A DNA stretch of 64,000 bases from Rickettsiales bacterium. GTDB lineage: Bacteria > Pseudomonadota > Alphaproteobacteria > Rickettsiales > JABSSG01. The translations under genes were made by a program, and so were the position numbers. The notes under the pieces are model-generated. The model did no database searches. It saw only the letters and a program-made list of their open reading frames with translations, and was not told the origin of the DNA. This document shows positions 34,734 through 45,435 of the stretch, one piece after another (within the stretch, counting starts at the first letter, position 1; each line of letters begins with the position of its first letter). The stretch covers positions 5,114 through 69,113 of the forward strand of contig JAVKEN010000005.1 in assembly GCA_040221415.1 (NCBI GenBank). The letters are read 5' to 3'.

Positions 34734-36127
34734 TACCTGCATATATCTCGTTCGCATATTTATTTTCAGGAGTGTGTTTTATTCTAGCTATCAAAGGCCT
34801 GGCATCTCCTAAGTCGGCGCGCCAAGGTAATATATATGGTATAATTGGTATGATAAGCGCTATTGCAGCCACTGCTTATTATCCAGGTGTCGAGAATAGA
34901 GAAATCATTCTTGGTGGTGTTGCGCTTGGTGGTGTGATTGGGGTAGTTATTGCTCTTAGAATTAAAATGACTGCAATGCCACAACTTGTTGCAGCGTTTC
35001 ATTCCCTTGTTGGTTTGGCAGCTGTATTAATTGCAGCAGGAGCATTAATTAGTCCAGCAAGCTATGGAATTGGCAAGTCGGGCGGTATTAGTTTAGCGAA
35101 CCTAATAGAAATGATTTTAGGAGCTATCATTGGCGCGATTACATTTACTGGCTCAGTAATTGCATTTATGAAATTACAAGGAATTATGAAAAGCAAGCCG
35201 ATAAGATTCAAGGGTCAGCATGTAGTTAACTCTTTAATTACTGTAACAATAATTATTTTATCAATAAAATTTTGTCAGACTGAATCACTCTGGTTGTTTA
35301 TTTTAATATCTTTAGTGTCAGCTGTTCTTGGGATTCTTTTAATTATTCCTATTGGTGGAGCAGACATGCCAGTAGTCGTGTCTATGCTCAATTCTTATTC
35401 TGGTTGGGCAGCAGCAGGAATTGGATTTACTTTAAACAATAGTCTTTTAATTATTACTGGAGCAATTGTTGGTTCTAGTGGTGCAATACTTAGCTACATA
35501 ATGTGTAAGGCAATGAATCGTTCGATATTTAATGTGATATTTGGAGGATTCAGTGATGCTCCAACATCATCTAATGATTCGGAAGACGATGACAGAACCA
35601 CACAAGCAAGTAACCCTGAAGATGCTGCGTTCATGATGAAGAATTCCTCGTCTGTTATTATAGTTCCAGGTTATGGAATGGCGGTTGCTCAGGCTCAGCA
35701 CGCTTTGAAAGAGATGGATGAAATTCTTGAGAAAAGTGGCATCAAGGTGCGTTATGCAATCCACCCAGTTGCAGGAAGAATGCCAGGACATATGAATGTA
35801 TTACTTGCGGAAGCTGGAATAAGTTACGATAAAGTGTTTGAATTAGAAGATATCAACAGAGAGTTTGGTTCAACAGATGTGGTATATGTTATTGGAGCTA
35901 ATGATGTAACAAATCCTTCTGCAAAAACAGACAAAGCAAGCCCAATATACGGGATGCCTATTCTTGATGTGGAAAATGCAAAAACAATTCTGTTTGTTAA
36001 AAGATCAATGTCACCTGGTTATGCCGGAGTTCAAAACGAATTATTTTTCCGTGATAACACATACATGTTGTTTGGTGATGCAAAAAAAATGACAGAAAAT
36101 ATCGTTAAGGAACTCGAAAATCAATGA
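34730..36127 (+). CDS. pntB: NAD(P) transhydrogenase subunit beta
   Basis: [61 protein letters not shown]. Confidence 0.97.
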   Translation: MIPAYISFAYLFSGVCFILAIKGLASPKSARQGNIYGIIGMISAIAATAYYPGVENREIILGGVALGGVIGVVIALRIKMTAMPQLVAAFHSLVGLAAVLIAAGALISPASYGIGKSGGISLANLIEMILGAIIGAITFTGSVIAFMKLQGIMKSKPIRFKGQHVVNSLITVTIIILSIKFCQTESLWLFILISLVSAVLGILLIIPIGGADMPVVVSMLNSYSGWAAAGIGFTLNNSLLIITGAIVGSSGAILSYIMCKAMNRSIFNVIFGGFSDAPTSSNDSEDDDRTTQASNPEDAAFMMKNSSSVIIVPGYGMAVAQAQHALKEMDEILEKSGIKVRYAIHPVAGRMPGHMNVLLAEAGISYDKVFELEDINREFGSTDVVYVIGANDVTNPSAKTDKASPIYGMPILDVENAKTILFVKRSMSPGYAGVQNELFFRDNTYMLFGDAKKMTENIVKELENQ

Positions 36128-37653
36128 GTGCAAAAATTTTAGATGTAATCCAAAATTTTTTGTGGCCAATTAAACGTCACGAGCTCAAAAAGTTCTTCCC
36201 AATGGCGTTCATGCTATTTTTTATTTTATTTAATTACTCAGTTTTAAGGGTTTTGAAGGACAGTTTAGTTATACCTGCTCTTGGAGCTGAGGCGGTCAGC
36301 TTTATCAAGTCGTATTTTGTTGTGCCTTGTGCTGTGGTATTCGCGCTATTATATGCAAAGATGACTAATTTAATGAATTTCAACAGAATATTTTTTTCAA
36401 TCAGCGCTTTCTACTTAGTATATTTTATATTTTTCGGTTTGGTTATATACCCCCATCAAGAGTTTTTTCATCCGTCTTCGTATTTAGTAAATAAACTCAT
36501 TCATGAAAAATATGATCTGTACTTTTTTAGTATTGATATGGATCATTTTAAGTGGTTTATAATTATATTTGGTAAATGGTCGTTTGTACTAAATTACATA
36601 CTTGCTGAATTATGGGGATCATCAATGATCTTCTTATTATTTTGGCAGTTTGCAAATCAAACAGTCAAAACAGAGGAGGCCAAAAGATTTTATCCAATGT
36701 TTGGTTTGATTGGTCATGCAGGTGCGCTTATATCTGGCTATTTGTTGAAATATTTTGCTCATAATAGCGTAACTAACTATTACTTTTTTGGTATGGTTTT
36801 TGATGATAGCTTTACGGCTTCAGTTTTAGTTAGTGCTTTTATTGCACTGCTTATGATTATCGCAATTTTCTACTATATTAATTATGTTGCTGAGAAGGAG
36901 ACTGTGTATATTACAAAGGCCAAACGACCGGAAATGCTTAAGTCTAAATTGTCTATTAGAGAAAGTATCAAAGTTATAATGTCCTCAAAATATTTAGGAT
37001 ACATAGTGGTCTTAATTTTTTCTTATGGCATTGCTATTAATTTAGTAGAAGGTGTTTGGAAGGATAGAGCAAGAGCTCTTTATTCCAATACTGTTGACTA
37101 TGCAGGATTCTCTAGTGATGTGATTGTATATACTGGATATAGTGCAATGTTTTTTATGCTTGCGGGAGCAAACATATTTAAATATTTTGGTTGGCTGACA
37201 GCAGCACTCATTACACCAATTACAATATTTATCACGGGGATTCTTTTTTTCTTACTAGTTGTTTTCTCGGATACTATGTATGCGAACGTAGCAGCTATGA
37301 CGATAGTTAACCCATTGTTTCTGACTGTTTTTATTGGAACGATACAGAATGTATTATCAAAAGGTACGAAATACGCTCTGTTTGATTCAACAAAAGAGAT
37401 GTCCTATATACCTTTAAATCAAGAGCTTAAAAGCAAAGGGAAGGCAGCTGTAGATGTGATAGGAGCGAGGTTTGCAAAGTCTGGTGGAGCGCATGTTCAG
37501 TCCTTGATATTTATGATATTTCCTTCTGCTACATATACCTCAATTGCTCCCTATTTAATGGTGGTCTTCTCAATTGTCATGATCATTTGGCTGTTAGATG
37601 TGAAGTTGCTTTATAAGGCCTATACTTTAAAGTTGTCTAAATCAAAGAGCTAA
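36124..37653 (+). CDS. tlc: Nucleotide translocase (Tlc/NTT, AAA family), copy 1
   Basis: [63 protein letters not shown]. Confidence 0.95.
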   Translation: MSAKILDVIQNFLWPIKRHELKKFFPMAFMLFFILFNYSVLRVLKDSLVIPALGAEAVSFIKSYFVVPCAVVFALLYAKMTNLMNFNRIFFSISAFYLVYFIFFGLVIYPHQEFFHPSSYLVNKLIHEKYDLYFFSIDMDHFKWFIIIFGKWSFVLNYILAELWGSSMIFLLFWQFANQTVKTEEAKRFYPMFGLIGHAGALISGYLLKYFAHNSVTNYYFFGMVFDDSFTASVLVSAFIALLMIIAIFYYINYVAEKETVYITKAKRPEMLKSKLSIRESIKVIMSSKYLGYIVVLIFSYGIAINLVEGVWKDRARALYSNTVDYAGFSSDVIVYTGYSAMFFMLAGANIFKYFGWLTAALITPITIFITGILFFLLVVFSDTMYANVAAMTIVNPLFLTVFIGTIQNVLSKGTKYALFDSTKEMSYIPLNQELKSKGKAAVDVIGARFAKSGGAHVQSLIFMIFPSATYTSIAPYLMVVFSIVMIIWLLDVKLLYKAYTLKLSKSKS

Positions 37654-37725
37654 TATACCTGTTTGTTGTTGTTTTTTCTTGAATATATTACTAACATTTA
37701 AGTGTAATATTTTATATAACAAAAC

Positions 37726-38262
37726 ATGATGTCTTTTATAAAGCACTCCAAATATTTTTTCTTTGTCAGGTTCCCTTTGATAATTTTAGTTCTTGTTCTT
37801 ACGTTTAAATATATTTTCCCACAGACTGAGTTTGTTGCAACAAATCTTATAGAGCATAAAATAGGCAGCGTAGGATCTAGCGATGACAATAAATTTTATA
37901 GTTCTGTTATGACCTTTATGGGTGCAATGGCTGCTATGCTGTACTTGTTATACATGATTCTTTATGATGAAATGAAACTTTGCAATAACCATTACAGTAT
38001 GTTGTCAATTAATAGGAGAAAAGTTGTAAGTTCATTTTTGATGATCTTATTCGGAATGTTTTGTTTCACTGTGGTCCATATAATGCCAACTGATCAAAGT
38101 ACATTCATTGAAACTTTGGCGTATACTGGTTTGCTCCTAATGATATTAGCTTTTTGGTACATTGTGATTGCTGCGCTTAATCTCGCATATATCAATTTAG
38201 ATGCCGCTAAAACTTTGAAAAAAGAAATGAAGAGCTCTATTAAGATTAAAGTTTCAAAATAG
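37726..38262 (+). CDS. Hypothetical integral membrane protein (about 4 TM)
   Basis: 178 aa ORF with four hydrophobic segments filling the gap between tlc copies 1 and 2. No family recognised. Confidence 0.65.
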   Translation: MMSFIKHSKYFFFVRFPLIILVLVLTFKYIFPQTEFVATNLIEHKIGSVGSSDDNKFYSSVMTFMGAMAAMLYLLYMILYDEMKLCNNHYSMLSINRRKVVSSFLMILFGMFCFTVVHIMPTDQSTFIETLAYTGLLLMILAFWYIVIAALNLAYINLDAAKTLKKEMKSSIKIKVSK

Positions 38263-38299
38263 AAGTGCTTTCCAGTAAGTAAATCACTTTGAATTTCTG

Positions 38300-38343
38300 T
38301 TGACTTATATATTGAAAAAGAATAAAAGTTTCCTTTTGGAAAC
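38300..38343 (+). promoter_or_regulatory. Putative promoter and leader hairpin for tlc copies 2-3
   Basis: TTGACT (38300-38305), 17 nt, TAAAAG, then a GTTTCC-TTTT-GGAAAC hairpin ending 5 nt before the ATG. Confidence 0.3.
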
Positions 38344-38348
38344 TCAAT

Positions 38349-39851
38349 ATGAATTCATTACTTCAGTTTCTATGGCCTATAGAAAAAAAGGAATTAAAAA
38401 AGTTCCTACCGATGGCCTTGATCTCATTTTTCACAATATTTAACTACAATGCTTTGCGTAGTGTGAAGGAAACTCTCGTAGTTCCATCTATGGGAGCTGA
38501 ATCAATTACTTTTATAAAGGTTTATTTAGTAACCCCTTCGGCTATATTACTATTTTTACTGTATGCCAAATTATCAAATCGCTTTTCTTTCAAAGCTATT
38601 TACTATCAAGTAGCATCTTTTTATGTAATGTTCTTTATTTTATTCGGATTTATATTACTGCCTAATGCATCTTATATTCATCCAAGCCAATTATCCATAT
38701 CTCAGATTTCTGACAAAGAGGTGGACTTAATGTTGTTCAGTATAAATCTTAGTCATTTTAAGTGGTTTTTTACTCTTTATCAAAATTGGATGTTTGGGGT
38801 GTTTTATGTTTTGGCGGAGTTCTGGAATTCAACCATGACTCTACTTTTATTTTATCAGCTGGCTAACAAAATAACGCTGACTGATGAAGCAAAAAGATTT
38901 TATCCAATGTTCGCATTAGTTGGTAGTTTAGGAAATTTTGTTGCTGGAACAAGCATTAAAGTATTGCATGGCGCATTCTCTGAGAATGGTTCTTTGTTGA
39001 TGATACAGTCAATCATAGTAATGGCCGTGATTGCCACATTTTCTATTATGTTTTTGTTCCGATACATAAACGCAAATGTATTAACCAATAAATCAATTCA
39101 TGTTCCGAGGCCAAAGAACACAATAACTTCTAAGAAGAAAATTCCATTGAAAGAAAGCTTTAAAATAATCTTTTCATCTAAATATCTTGGAATGGTTGTG
39201 GTCCTAGTTATTTCCTATGGAGTAGCAATTAATTTATTAGAAGGTCCTTGGAAAGCTGAAGTTCGGAAAGTTTATCCAGGTAAAAATGAATACTTGTATT
39301 TTATGGCTACTCTGAATCAAGCGAATGGTCTGATTTCAATGATTTTTATGTTAGTTGGCGCAACGATTCTTAAGAAGTATAGTTGGTTTACTGCTGCAAT
39401 TATAACTCCTTTAATTATTTTTGTAACAGGCATTGCTTTTTTCTCGTTTGTTGTTTTTGGAGAATATATCAGTATATTGTTAGGTGCTTTCTTTATGATT
39501 AACCCTGCTTTTATTGCTGTGATTTTAGGAATGTCCCAGAACGTGTTGAGTAAATCTACAAAATACGCCTTGTTTGACCCTACTAAAGAAATGACGTATA
39601 TCCCTATTGACGAAGAATTAAAAAGCAAAGGCAAAGCAGCAGTTGACGTTGTGGGAGCGCGTTTTGCGAAATCTTTTGGTGCATTTGTGCAATCAACGAT
39701 TTTTATTCTATTCCCCGCCGCAACATATTCGAGCATTTCATGGTTCTTAATGATAATTTTTGCTATTGTTGCAATTATATGGATTTTAGATGTAAAGATT
39801 CTGAATAAAGAATATCTTCAGTATCTAAATCAAAACAAAGAAAAAGTTTAA
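38349..39851 (+). CDS. tlc: Nucleotide translocase (Tlc/NTT), copy 2, most divergent
   Basis: [62 protein letters not shown]. Confidence 0.94.
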   Translation: MNSLLQFLWPIEKKELKKFLPMALISFFTIFNYNALRSVKETLVVPSMGAESITFIKVYLVTPSAILLFLLYAKLSNRFSFKAIYYQVASFYVMFFILFGFILLPNASYIHPSQLSISQISDKEVDLMLFSINLSHFKWFFTLYQNWMFGVFYVLAEFWNSTMTLLLFYQLANKITLTDEAKRFYPMFALVGSLGNFVAGTSIKVLHGAFSENGSLLMIQSIIVMAVIATFSIMFLFRYINANVLTNKSIHVPRPKNTITSKKKIPLKESFKIIFSSKYLGMVVVLVISYGVAINLLEGPWKAEVRKVYPGKNEYLYFMATLNQANGLISMIFMLVGATILKKYSWFTAAIITPLIIFVTGIAFFSFVVFGEYISILLGAFFMINPAFIAVILGMSQNVLSKSTKYALFDPTKEMTYIPIDEELKSKGKAAVDVVGARFAKSFGAFVQSTIFILFPAATYSSISWFLMIIFAIVAIIWILDVKILNKEYLQYLNQNKEKV

Positions 39852-39866
39852 TCTTCTATTTTAAAA

Positions 39867-41384
39867 ATGAGTTTTTTTAATAGTGCAAAGCAATTTTTAT
39901 GGCCTATAGAAAGGTGGGAATTGAAGAAATTCTTGCCAATGACCTTTATGATGTTTTGTATTTTATTTAACTATAATGCTCTGAGATCTATAAAAGATAG
40001 TTTGGTGGTGCCAAACATAGGAGCAGAAGCAATTAATTTCATAAAGTTTTATTGTGTTGTGCCGACTGCCATAATTTTTATGGTGGTTTACGCGAAGATG
40101 ACCAATGTGATGAGAGCACCAAAAATATTTTATATTTTATGTATGTTTTTTTTGGCCTTTTTTCTTCTTTTTGCATTTGTTTTTTATCCAAATCAAGAAT
40201 TCTTTCATCCTGATCAATCAAAAATTTCCTCTTTAGAGAACTCTAAAATAAATTTCATGCTATTTAGTATTGATGCAGCTCATTTTAAGTGGTTCTTAAG
40301 AATATATTCTAAATGGACGTATGCTTTGTTTTATATTATTGCTGAATTGTGGGGATCGGCGATGTTGATGCTTTCGTTCTGGCAGTTTGCAAATCACATT
40401 ACTAGCACTTCACAGGCAAAAAGATTTTACCCAATGTTTGGCTTCTTAGGTAATATAGCCCTTATCATTGCTGGTGGAGTCATAAAGTATCTAGCTGTTA
40501 TTCAGAAAAATATGTCTGGCATTAACGTGATTTCTGATTCTGGTATGATGATTAAAACCATGCTTACTTTTATGAGTTTGTCTATAATTGTTATTATGTG
40601 GCTGTACAATTACATGCAGGTTGAAGTTCTTACTGATTCAAAGTATTTCTCTAAACCTAGAAAGAAAACAAAGCCAAAACTATCAATTGTTGAGAGTTTC
40701 AAAGTTATTTTTTCATCTAAATATTTAGGATATATAGTTGTTCTTGTGTTTTGCTATGGCATGTCAATAAATCTTGTTGAGGGGCCGTGGAAAAGTAAGG
40801 TTAGAGAGCTTTATCCAAATACAAATGACTATGCTTATTTTATGGGAAGTCTAAATCAGTATACTGGTTTGGCTTCAATGATATTTATGATAATAGGAGC
40901 TAATTTCCTGAGAAGGTTTAGTTGGTCTAAGGGTGCAATAATAACTCCTTTAATTATCTTTTTTACTGGTTTAGGATTCTTCAGCTTTGTTGTGTTTGAT
41001 GAGTTGGTTTTTAGCTATGTGGCAATTTTCATGATGATAAATCCTGTTTTTATTGCGGTGTATATAGGCACTATACAGAATGTTCTTTCAAAAGGCATAA
41101 AATATGCATTCTTTGATCCAACAAAGGAGATGGCATATATTCCGATAGATGATGAGTTAAAGACTAAGGGTAAAGCAGCGGTTGATGTCGTAGGGGCCAG
41201 ATTAGCAAAATCTTTTGGGGCATTTATTCAAGCTTCAATATTTAGTGTATTTCCATCAGCAAACTACAATGAGATTACGCCATATTTAATGGTTGTTTTT
41301 GTAATTATTTGTTTTGTATGGTTGTTAGATGTAAATTTCTTAAACAGAGAATATAAAAAAAGTTTGAAGTTAGAGGGAAATTAG
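39867..41384 (+). CDS. tlc: Nucleotide translocase (Tlc/NTT), copy 3
   Basis: [62 protein letters not shown]. Confidence 0.95.
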   Translation: MSFFNSAKQFLWPIERWELKKFLPMTFMMFCILFNYNALRSIKDSLVVPNIGAEAINFIKFYCVVPTAIIFMVVYAKMTNVMRAPKIFYILCMFFLAFFLLFAFVFYPNQEFFHPDQSKISSLENSKINFMLFSIDAAHFKWFLRIYSKWTYALFYIIAELWGSAMLMLSFWQFANHITSTSQAKRFYPMFGFLGNIALIIAGGVIKYLAVIQKNMSGINVISDSGMMIKTMLTFMSLSIIVIMWLYNYMQVEVLTDSKYFSKPRKKTKPKLSIVESFKVIFSSKYLGYIVVLVFCYGMSINLVEGPWKSKVRELYPNTNDYAYFMGSLNQYTGLASMIFMIIGANFLRRFSWSKGAIITPLIIFFTGLGFFSFVVFDELVFSYVAIFMMINPVFIAVYIGTIQNVLSKGIKYAFFDPTKEMAYIPIDDELKTKGKAAVDVVGARLAKSFGAFIQASIFSVFPSANYNEITPYLMVVFVIICFVWLLDVNFLNREYKKSLKLEGN

Positions 41385-41385
41385 A

Positions 41386-42249
41386 ATGGAGTTATTAATT
41401 ACAAATTACAGTTTTATTTTAATTACATTCTCTGTCATTTTAAGGCTATTTAATAAATTCAAGAAGCTATCCATTATTTCATACGCTTGTGCCTTGGGTG
41501 TTGCTTTGGGGCAGAACTATATTGAACCCATTGGCTTTGCGTATATTCTGACTGCCGTTGCAGCAATCATTTTATTTTATAAAAAAAACAATCATCTATA
41601 CATTAAAGTTGCTGCATTTTTTTTCATAGCTATCTTTGGTTATAACCTTCTAGCACACCAGCTTCCAGGATTTAATAATATTCAGCTTTTGTATGAAAAA
41701 CTTTCTCCTGACTCAGAGTATTACAGTCTATGGCTAAATTATGACTCTACTTTTTTTGCTAGCTTTATTTTTATTAAGGCATACAAGCCGATAGGTTTAA
41801 AAAAGCATTTCAAAGTAATTTTTCAAGGAGTAGCTTATGGTGCAGTAATTTCGCTGATATTGAGTTTTATATGCTTACATTATGGCATCATAAGGCTTGA
41901 TACCACAGTCCCCGACATCATTTGGTTGTGGTTATGGATTGTATCTTTATATGCAATATTTTCCGAAAGTTTTTACAGGATGTTTTTTATTGATTTTATA
42001 AGAGAAATTTGTCCAGGATCATTATCCTGGCTATTTGTCACAATAATAACTTCCTCTTTCTTATTTGCATATAGTCACTCTTGGGCTGGATCGTTGTACG
42101 TCTATGCTTCCTTTTTAGCTGGTGTGGTGTATTGTGTTTCTTATATTAAATCTGGATATAGAGTGGAGTCTTCGTCAGTAACTCATATAATGGTAAATGT
42201 TTTACATTTTATATTTTTTACATACCCGTTTTATATTCAAACCAGTTAA
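41386..42249 (+). CDS. CPBP/Abi family intramembrane (CAAX-type) protease homolog
   Basis: Multi-TM protein with SESFYR (EExxxR-like), FAYSH and HIMVN motifs. Confidence 0.75.
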   Translation: MELLITNYSFILITFSVILRLFNKFKKLSIISYACALGVALGQNYIEPIGFAYILTAVAAIILFYKKNNHLYIKVAAFFFIAIFGYNLLAHQLPGFNNIQLLYEKLSPDSEYYSLWLNYDSTFFASFIFIKAYKPIGLKKHFKVIFQGVAYGAVISLILSFICLHYGIIRLDTTVPDIIWLWLWIVSLYAIFSESFYRMFFIDFIREICPGSLSWLFVTIITSSFLFAYSHSWAGSLYVYASFLAGVVYCVSYIKSGYRVESSSVTHIMVNVLHFIFFTYPFYIQTS

Positions 42250-42265
42250 GTAATTTGAATTTACA

Positions 42266-43471
42266 ATGTCCATTATTGTACAAAAATTTGGTGGCACATC
42301 TGTTGGTAACATTGAAAGAATAAATAATGTTGCTGACATAATTATTACTGAAAAAAACAAAGGTAATCAGGTCATTGTAGTTGTATCAGCCATGGCAACA
42401 GTGACTAATAGCCTTGCCTCTCTGGTAAAGGAGAATTTCAAAGTTGAATCACAAAATGGCTTGGCAGAGATTGACTCTATTTTATCTTCAGGCGAGCAAG
42501 TTTCATCTGCACTTCTAGCTCTTGCTCTTCAAGAAAAAGGATATTCAGCACGATCATATCTTGGTTGGCAAATACCCATAGAGACTGATTCAAAATATGG
42601 TTGTGCAAGAATAAAAAGCATCAATACAAAAATATTTGATGAAAAAGAGATACCTATAGTTTCTGGTTTTCAGGGAATAAATAGCGACGGGAGAATAACA
42701 ACGTTGGGAAGAGGTGGATCTGACACAACAGCAGCTGCAATTGCCGCTGCTATAAAAGCAGATAGATGTGATATATACACTGATGTGGAGGGTATTTTTA
42801 CATGTGACCCGAGGATTGTAAAAAATGCTAAAAAACTAGATCGAATATCTTATGAAGAAACCTTAGAAATTGCTTCGCTGGGCGCAAAAGTCTTGCAGAT
42901 AAGGTCGGTAGAGATAGCAATGAATTATAATATTCCTTTAAAAGTATTATCTAGTTTTAATAAGGATAGTGGAACAATGTTAACTACAGAGGACAAACAA
43001 ATGGAGAAAAGAATAATTACTGCGGTGACTTATACTAGGAATGAAGCCAGAATTAATATAAGTGGTGTTCCAGTGACAAAAGGTGCGGTCAGCATTTTTG
43101 ATCATTTGGAGGATATCAATATTGATACTATAGTGCAGAATATGCACTCAGACGGAGAGAGCTTGAATGTAACTTTCACAGTTCCTGGAGATGAGCTTTC
43201 AAAAACGGTTGAAAGATTAAAAAAGAATAAAAATAAAATTTTATATAAAAGTCTAGTAAGTGAAGAAAACCTAGCTAAGGTTTCTGTTGTTGGTGTCGGA
43301 ATGAAGAGCCAAGCTGGCGTAGCAAGGGACATGTTTAAAGCTTTATTTGAGAAATCAATTGATATTAAGGTGATATCTACATCGGAAATTAAAATTAGTG
43401 TTATTATTCCAGAGGAATATTTGGAATTAGCAGTCAGAACTTTACACTCAAAATTTGAATTAGAGAAATAA
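42266..43471 (+). CDS. lysC: Aspartate kinase
   Basis: VQKFGGTSV, VVVSAM, TLGRGGSDTT, YTDVEG, two ACT domains, STSEIKIS. Confidence 0.97.
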   Translation: MSIIVQKFGGTSVGNIERINNVADIIITEKNKGNQVIVVVSAMATVTNSLASLVKENFKVESQNGLAEIDSILSSGEQVSSALLALALQEKGYSARSYLGWQIPIETDSKYGCARIKSINTKIFDEKEIPIVSGFQGINSDGRITTLGRGGSDTTAAAIAAAIKADRCDIYTDVEGIFTCDPRIVKNAKKLDRISYEETLEIASLGAKVLQIRSVEIAMNYNIPLKVLSSFNKDSGTMLTTEDKQMEKRIITAVTYTRNEARINISGVPVTKGAVSIFDHLEDINIDTIVQNMHSDGESLNVTFTVPGDELSKTVERLKKNKNKILYKSLVSEENLAKVSVVGVGMKSQAGVARDMFKALFEKSIDIKVISTSEIKISVIIPEEYLELAVRTLHSKFELEK

Positions 43472-43472
43472 A

Positions 43473-44468
43473 ATGAAATTAGAAAAGCTATGGAAGAAAG
43501 GAACAGATTTTTTAGGTAGTAAATATGCTATTTTAGGGGGAGCTATGTCATGGGTCTCTGAGCATAACTTAGTTTCTGCAATTTCTAACGCTGGAGGTTT
43601 TGGTGTTATCGCGTGCGGATCGATGAATCCCGATATGCTAGAAAGTGAAATTAAGAAAACTCAATCCAAAACTAAGAAGCCCTTCGGCGTTAATCTTATA
43701 ACTATGCACCCTCAATTAAGTGATTTAATTGAGGTTACGATTAAGTTGGGTGTTACGCATGTGGTTCTAGCAGGGGGGCTTCCTAAGGCTGAACATATAA
43801 AGAAGTTGAAAGATCATAATATTAAGGTTGTTTGCTTTGCTCCTGCTGCAGTAATTGCAAAAAGACTTATTCGCAATGGAGTTGATGCCATTGTGATTGA
43901 GGGGATGGAGGCTGGTGGTCACATCGGCCCTGTGTCAACTTCTGTCCTAGCACAAGAAATTTTGCCTGAATTTAGGAATATACCTGTATTTATAGCTGGA
44001 GGTATTGGAAGAGGAGAAGCGATTACTCAGTATTTAAGACAAGGAGCTGCTGGTTGTCAGTTAGGAACGCGTTTTGTATGCGCAGAAGAATGTATCGCGC
44101 ATGAAAACTTTAAAAATTTATTTATAAAGTCTAACGCAAGAGATGCAACTGTTTCAGTGCAGGTGGATCCTAATTTTCCTGTGATCCCGGTGCGTGCAAT
44201 TGAAAATGATGCGTCAAAAAGATTCATGGAATATCAGATAGAGACAATTAAAAGATATCAGTCTGGAGTGGTATCAAAAGAAGAAGCTCAGTTAGAGATA
44301 GAACATTTCTGGGCTGGAGCATTGAGGAAGGCTGTTATTGATGGAGATGTTACTAACGGTTCTGTGATGGCGGGTCAGAGTGTTGGACTGGTCAAAAAAA
44401 TACAACCAGTACAAGACATTATTGAAGAATTGGTATCTCAAGCTAGAGCTTCATTAAACGATGAATAG
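43473..44468 (+). CDS. Nitronate monooxygenase / FabK-like FMN oxidoreductase
   Basis: GGAMSW, PFGVNL, EGMEAGGHIG, AGGIG, QLGTRF, MAGQSVG. Confidence 0.88.
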   Translation: MKLEKLWKKGTDFLGSKYAILGGAMSWVSEHNLVSAISNAGGFGVIACGSMNPDMLESEIKKTQSKTKKPFGVNLITMHPQLSDLIEVTIKLGVTHVVLAGGLPKAEHIKKLKDHNIKVVCFAPAAVIAKRLIRNGVDAIVIEGMEAGGHIGPVSTSVLAQEILPEFRNIPVFIAGGIGRGEAITQYLRQGAAGCQLGTRFVCAEECIAHENFKNLFIKSNARDATVSVQVDPNFPVIPVRAIENDASKRFMEYQIETIKRYQSGVVSKEEAQLEIEHFWAGALRKAVIDGDVTNGSVMAGQSVGLVKKIQPVQDIIEELVSQARASLNDE

Positions 44469-45435
44469 AATCTTAAGTCTCTTATTGATTCTTGTTGTAT
44501 CGAGTTGTGAAACTAGTCTGAATCAGAAAGCTGTTGTTTCGTACAAGAATAATGTAATAGTTGGTCAGAAAAATGTAGGAAATATTGAGTCAAAGGTAGC
44601 GACTATTACTCAAAAAAAATATGATGGGCATACAATATTTTCTCTTGATTTATTAAATGTAGATAGTAAAAGGAATAAGTATCTATATAAAGTCCCATAC
44701 GTTTCTCGTTCTCAGTATTTTTTAAGAACTCTGTTAAACTCTCCTTCAACTAAAAATTACTACAAAAACTCATATATAAAAAACATCACCAAGCAATCAT
44801 CTGATAAAAAGAGGATGATTAAAAGTTTAGGTGTACATACATCAAAAAAAATTCGTGAACTGCAGATTTTTACTAGAAGAATACATAAAAGAATGAATCT
44901 TCACAGAATCAGACACTCAAATCCAATGAGACAAACAATTGCAAAAATGGATCAATATCTAACTAAAGCTAGAGCAGGATTAAATAAACTTTCTTTAGAT
45001 CAAAAACTTTTAATATTAAGAAAAACACTTACTATTTTAGAAAATATCCCTGCAGCAGTTCCACTTGAGAATTTTCGAGTATCATCTAGATTCAAGGTTC
45101 GATGGCATCCTATACAAAGAAAACGGGTTATGCATAAAGGAATAGATTTGGTCGGTAAGAAGAGAGCCCCGGTTCTTGCGACTGCGAACGGTGTAGTTTC
45201 GTTTGCAGGAAGGCAATCTGGTTATGGAAAAACAATTATTATTGAACATAGCAATACCTCCTCAACCTTGTACGCTCATTTGAATACCATATTAGTATCT
45301 AAAGGGGAGAGGGTAAGACTAGGTGAAAAAATTGCTATACAGGGTAATACAGGAAGTAGTACAAACGACCATTTGCATTATGAAACCAGGTTAAAAAATC
45401 AGCAAGTGAATCCAGAAATATTCACTGCTTTTTAA
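44461..45435 (+). CDS. M23 family metallopeptidase, predicted lipoprotein
   Basis: Lipobox-like VVSSC. HKGIDL, ATANGVV, YGKTIIIEH, YAHL, GNTGSSTNDHLHYE. Confidence 0.9.
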   Translation: MNRILSLLLILVVSSCETSLNQKAVVSYKNNVIVGQKNVGNIESKVATITQKKYDGHTIFSLDLLNVDSKRNKYLYKVPYVSRSQYFLRTLLNSPSTKNYYKNSYIKNITKQSSDKKRMIKSLGVHTSKKIRELQIFTRRIHKRMNLHRIRHSNPMRQTIAKMDQYLTKARAGLNKLSLDQKLLILRKTLTILENIPAAVPLENFRVSSRFKVRWHPIQRKRVMHKGIDLVGKKRAPVLATANGVVSFAGRQSGYGKTIIIEHSNTSSTLYAHLNTILVSKGERVRLGEKIAIQGNTGSSTNDHLHYETRLKNQQVNPEIFTAF

